Shown here in pieces: positions 63,511 through 64,000 of a stretch of DNA of 64,000 nt. The stretch comes from Isurus oxyrinchus (lineage: Eukaryota), in the NCBI GenBank assembly GCA_026770705.1, contig JANJGN010000023.1:20708001-20772000 (forward strand). The letters run 5' to 3'. The notes under the pieces were generated by a model. It did not search any database. It saw only the letters and a list, made by a program, of their open reading frames with translations, and was not told where the DNA came from. Numbering within the stretch: position 1 is the stretch's first letter; the number at the start of each line of letters is the position of its first letter. A program made the translations under genes and the position numbers.

Positions 63511-64000
63511 AGTCTAAGCCAGAATATATAAAGCAAGAAGTATAAATTAGATTTAAATTATGTACAGAGAGCAGAATAAAAATTGGTAATAACAGAATGC
63601 GATTACAAAATCAAAATTAAAGAGACAGACAGAAAAGTATAAATACTTATCATTATTGTTTTCAAAAAGTCTCCAAGGCTGATTAACCAATGGAGGAATG
63701 AAACTCCACATTTGTAAAATTAGAATTTCATCCCCCAAGAGGTTTTTTAACATAATTATTACTTATCACACCATTAAAAATTCACTTACTTCCTGAATGC
63801 ACCAGCCTTGATTTTTTCTGCCATCTTTAGCAGATTATTAGTGGGCAAGTACCCCAAGTTCACACCATTGCATTTGTTTCAGTACTGAGCCTATCAGTAG
63901 GGGCTGTAGCAATGCATTCTATAGAGGTGCAGGTATCTTTGACAGCAACCTTTGAAATTGCACATGATGCTGGAAGTCACTGTCTGATTAACTGTTACTA

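Noticed and set aside
45583-64000. Final coding exon of the channel (MTCQARTSY...)
   Set aside because: No such translation found; it presumably lies beyond the window.
1-64000. Remaining short ORFs in the six-frame track, and tRNA/rRNA genes
   Set aside because: The ORFs are antisense or alternative frames of TEs, or lack recognisable motifs. The only tRNA-like sequences are decayed SINE heads.

Overview
Vertebrate genomic DNA, most likely a cartilaginous fish (inferred from the repeat types). The only host gene visible is a + strand GIRK1/Kir3.1-type inward-rectifier K+ channel. It is KCNJ3-like and may be a non-mammalian paralog. Coding exon 1 is 18568-19233 and exon 2 is 45366-45582; the last exon is not in the window. 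Much of the rest is transposable-element derived. There are two near-complete two-gene PIF/Harbinger transposons in opposite orientation in intron 1, each with a HARBI1-like DDE transposase and a convergent three-exon Myb/SANT gene. There are also further Harbinger relics, many Harbinger-type MITEs with 3-bp TSDs, CR1-type LINEs, SINEs, Penelope relics and a small LTR element. The most unusual observations are: (1) a MITE family with four conserved internal hairpins showing covariation and a loop micro-inversion; (2) a ~100-bp copy of nearby flanking DNA inside one Harbinger; (3) two MITEs stacked on one re-used TAT target, plus an extended target-site bias; (4) a phase-compatible potential gene trap of the channel by the sense-oriented Myb exons; (5) a four-level TE nest. 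All boundaries were read by eye and family names need database confirmation.
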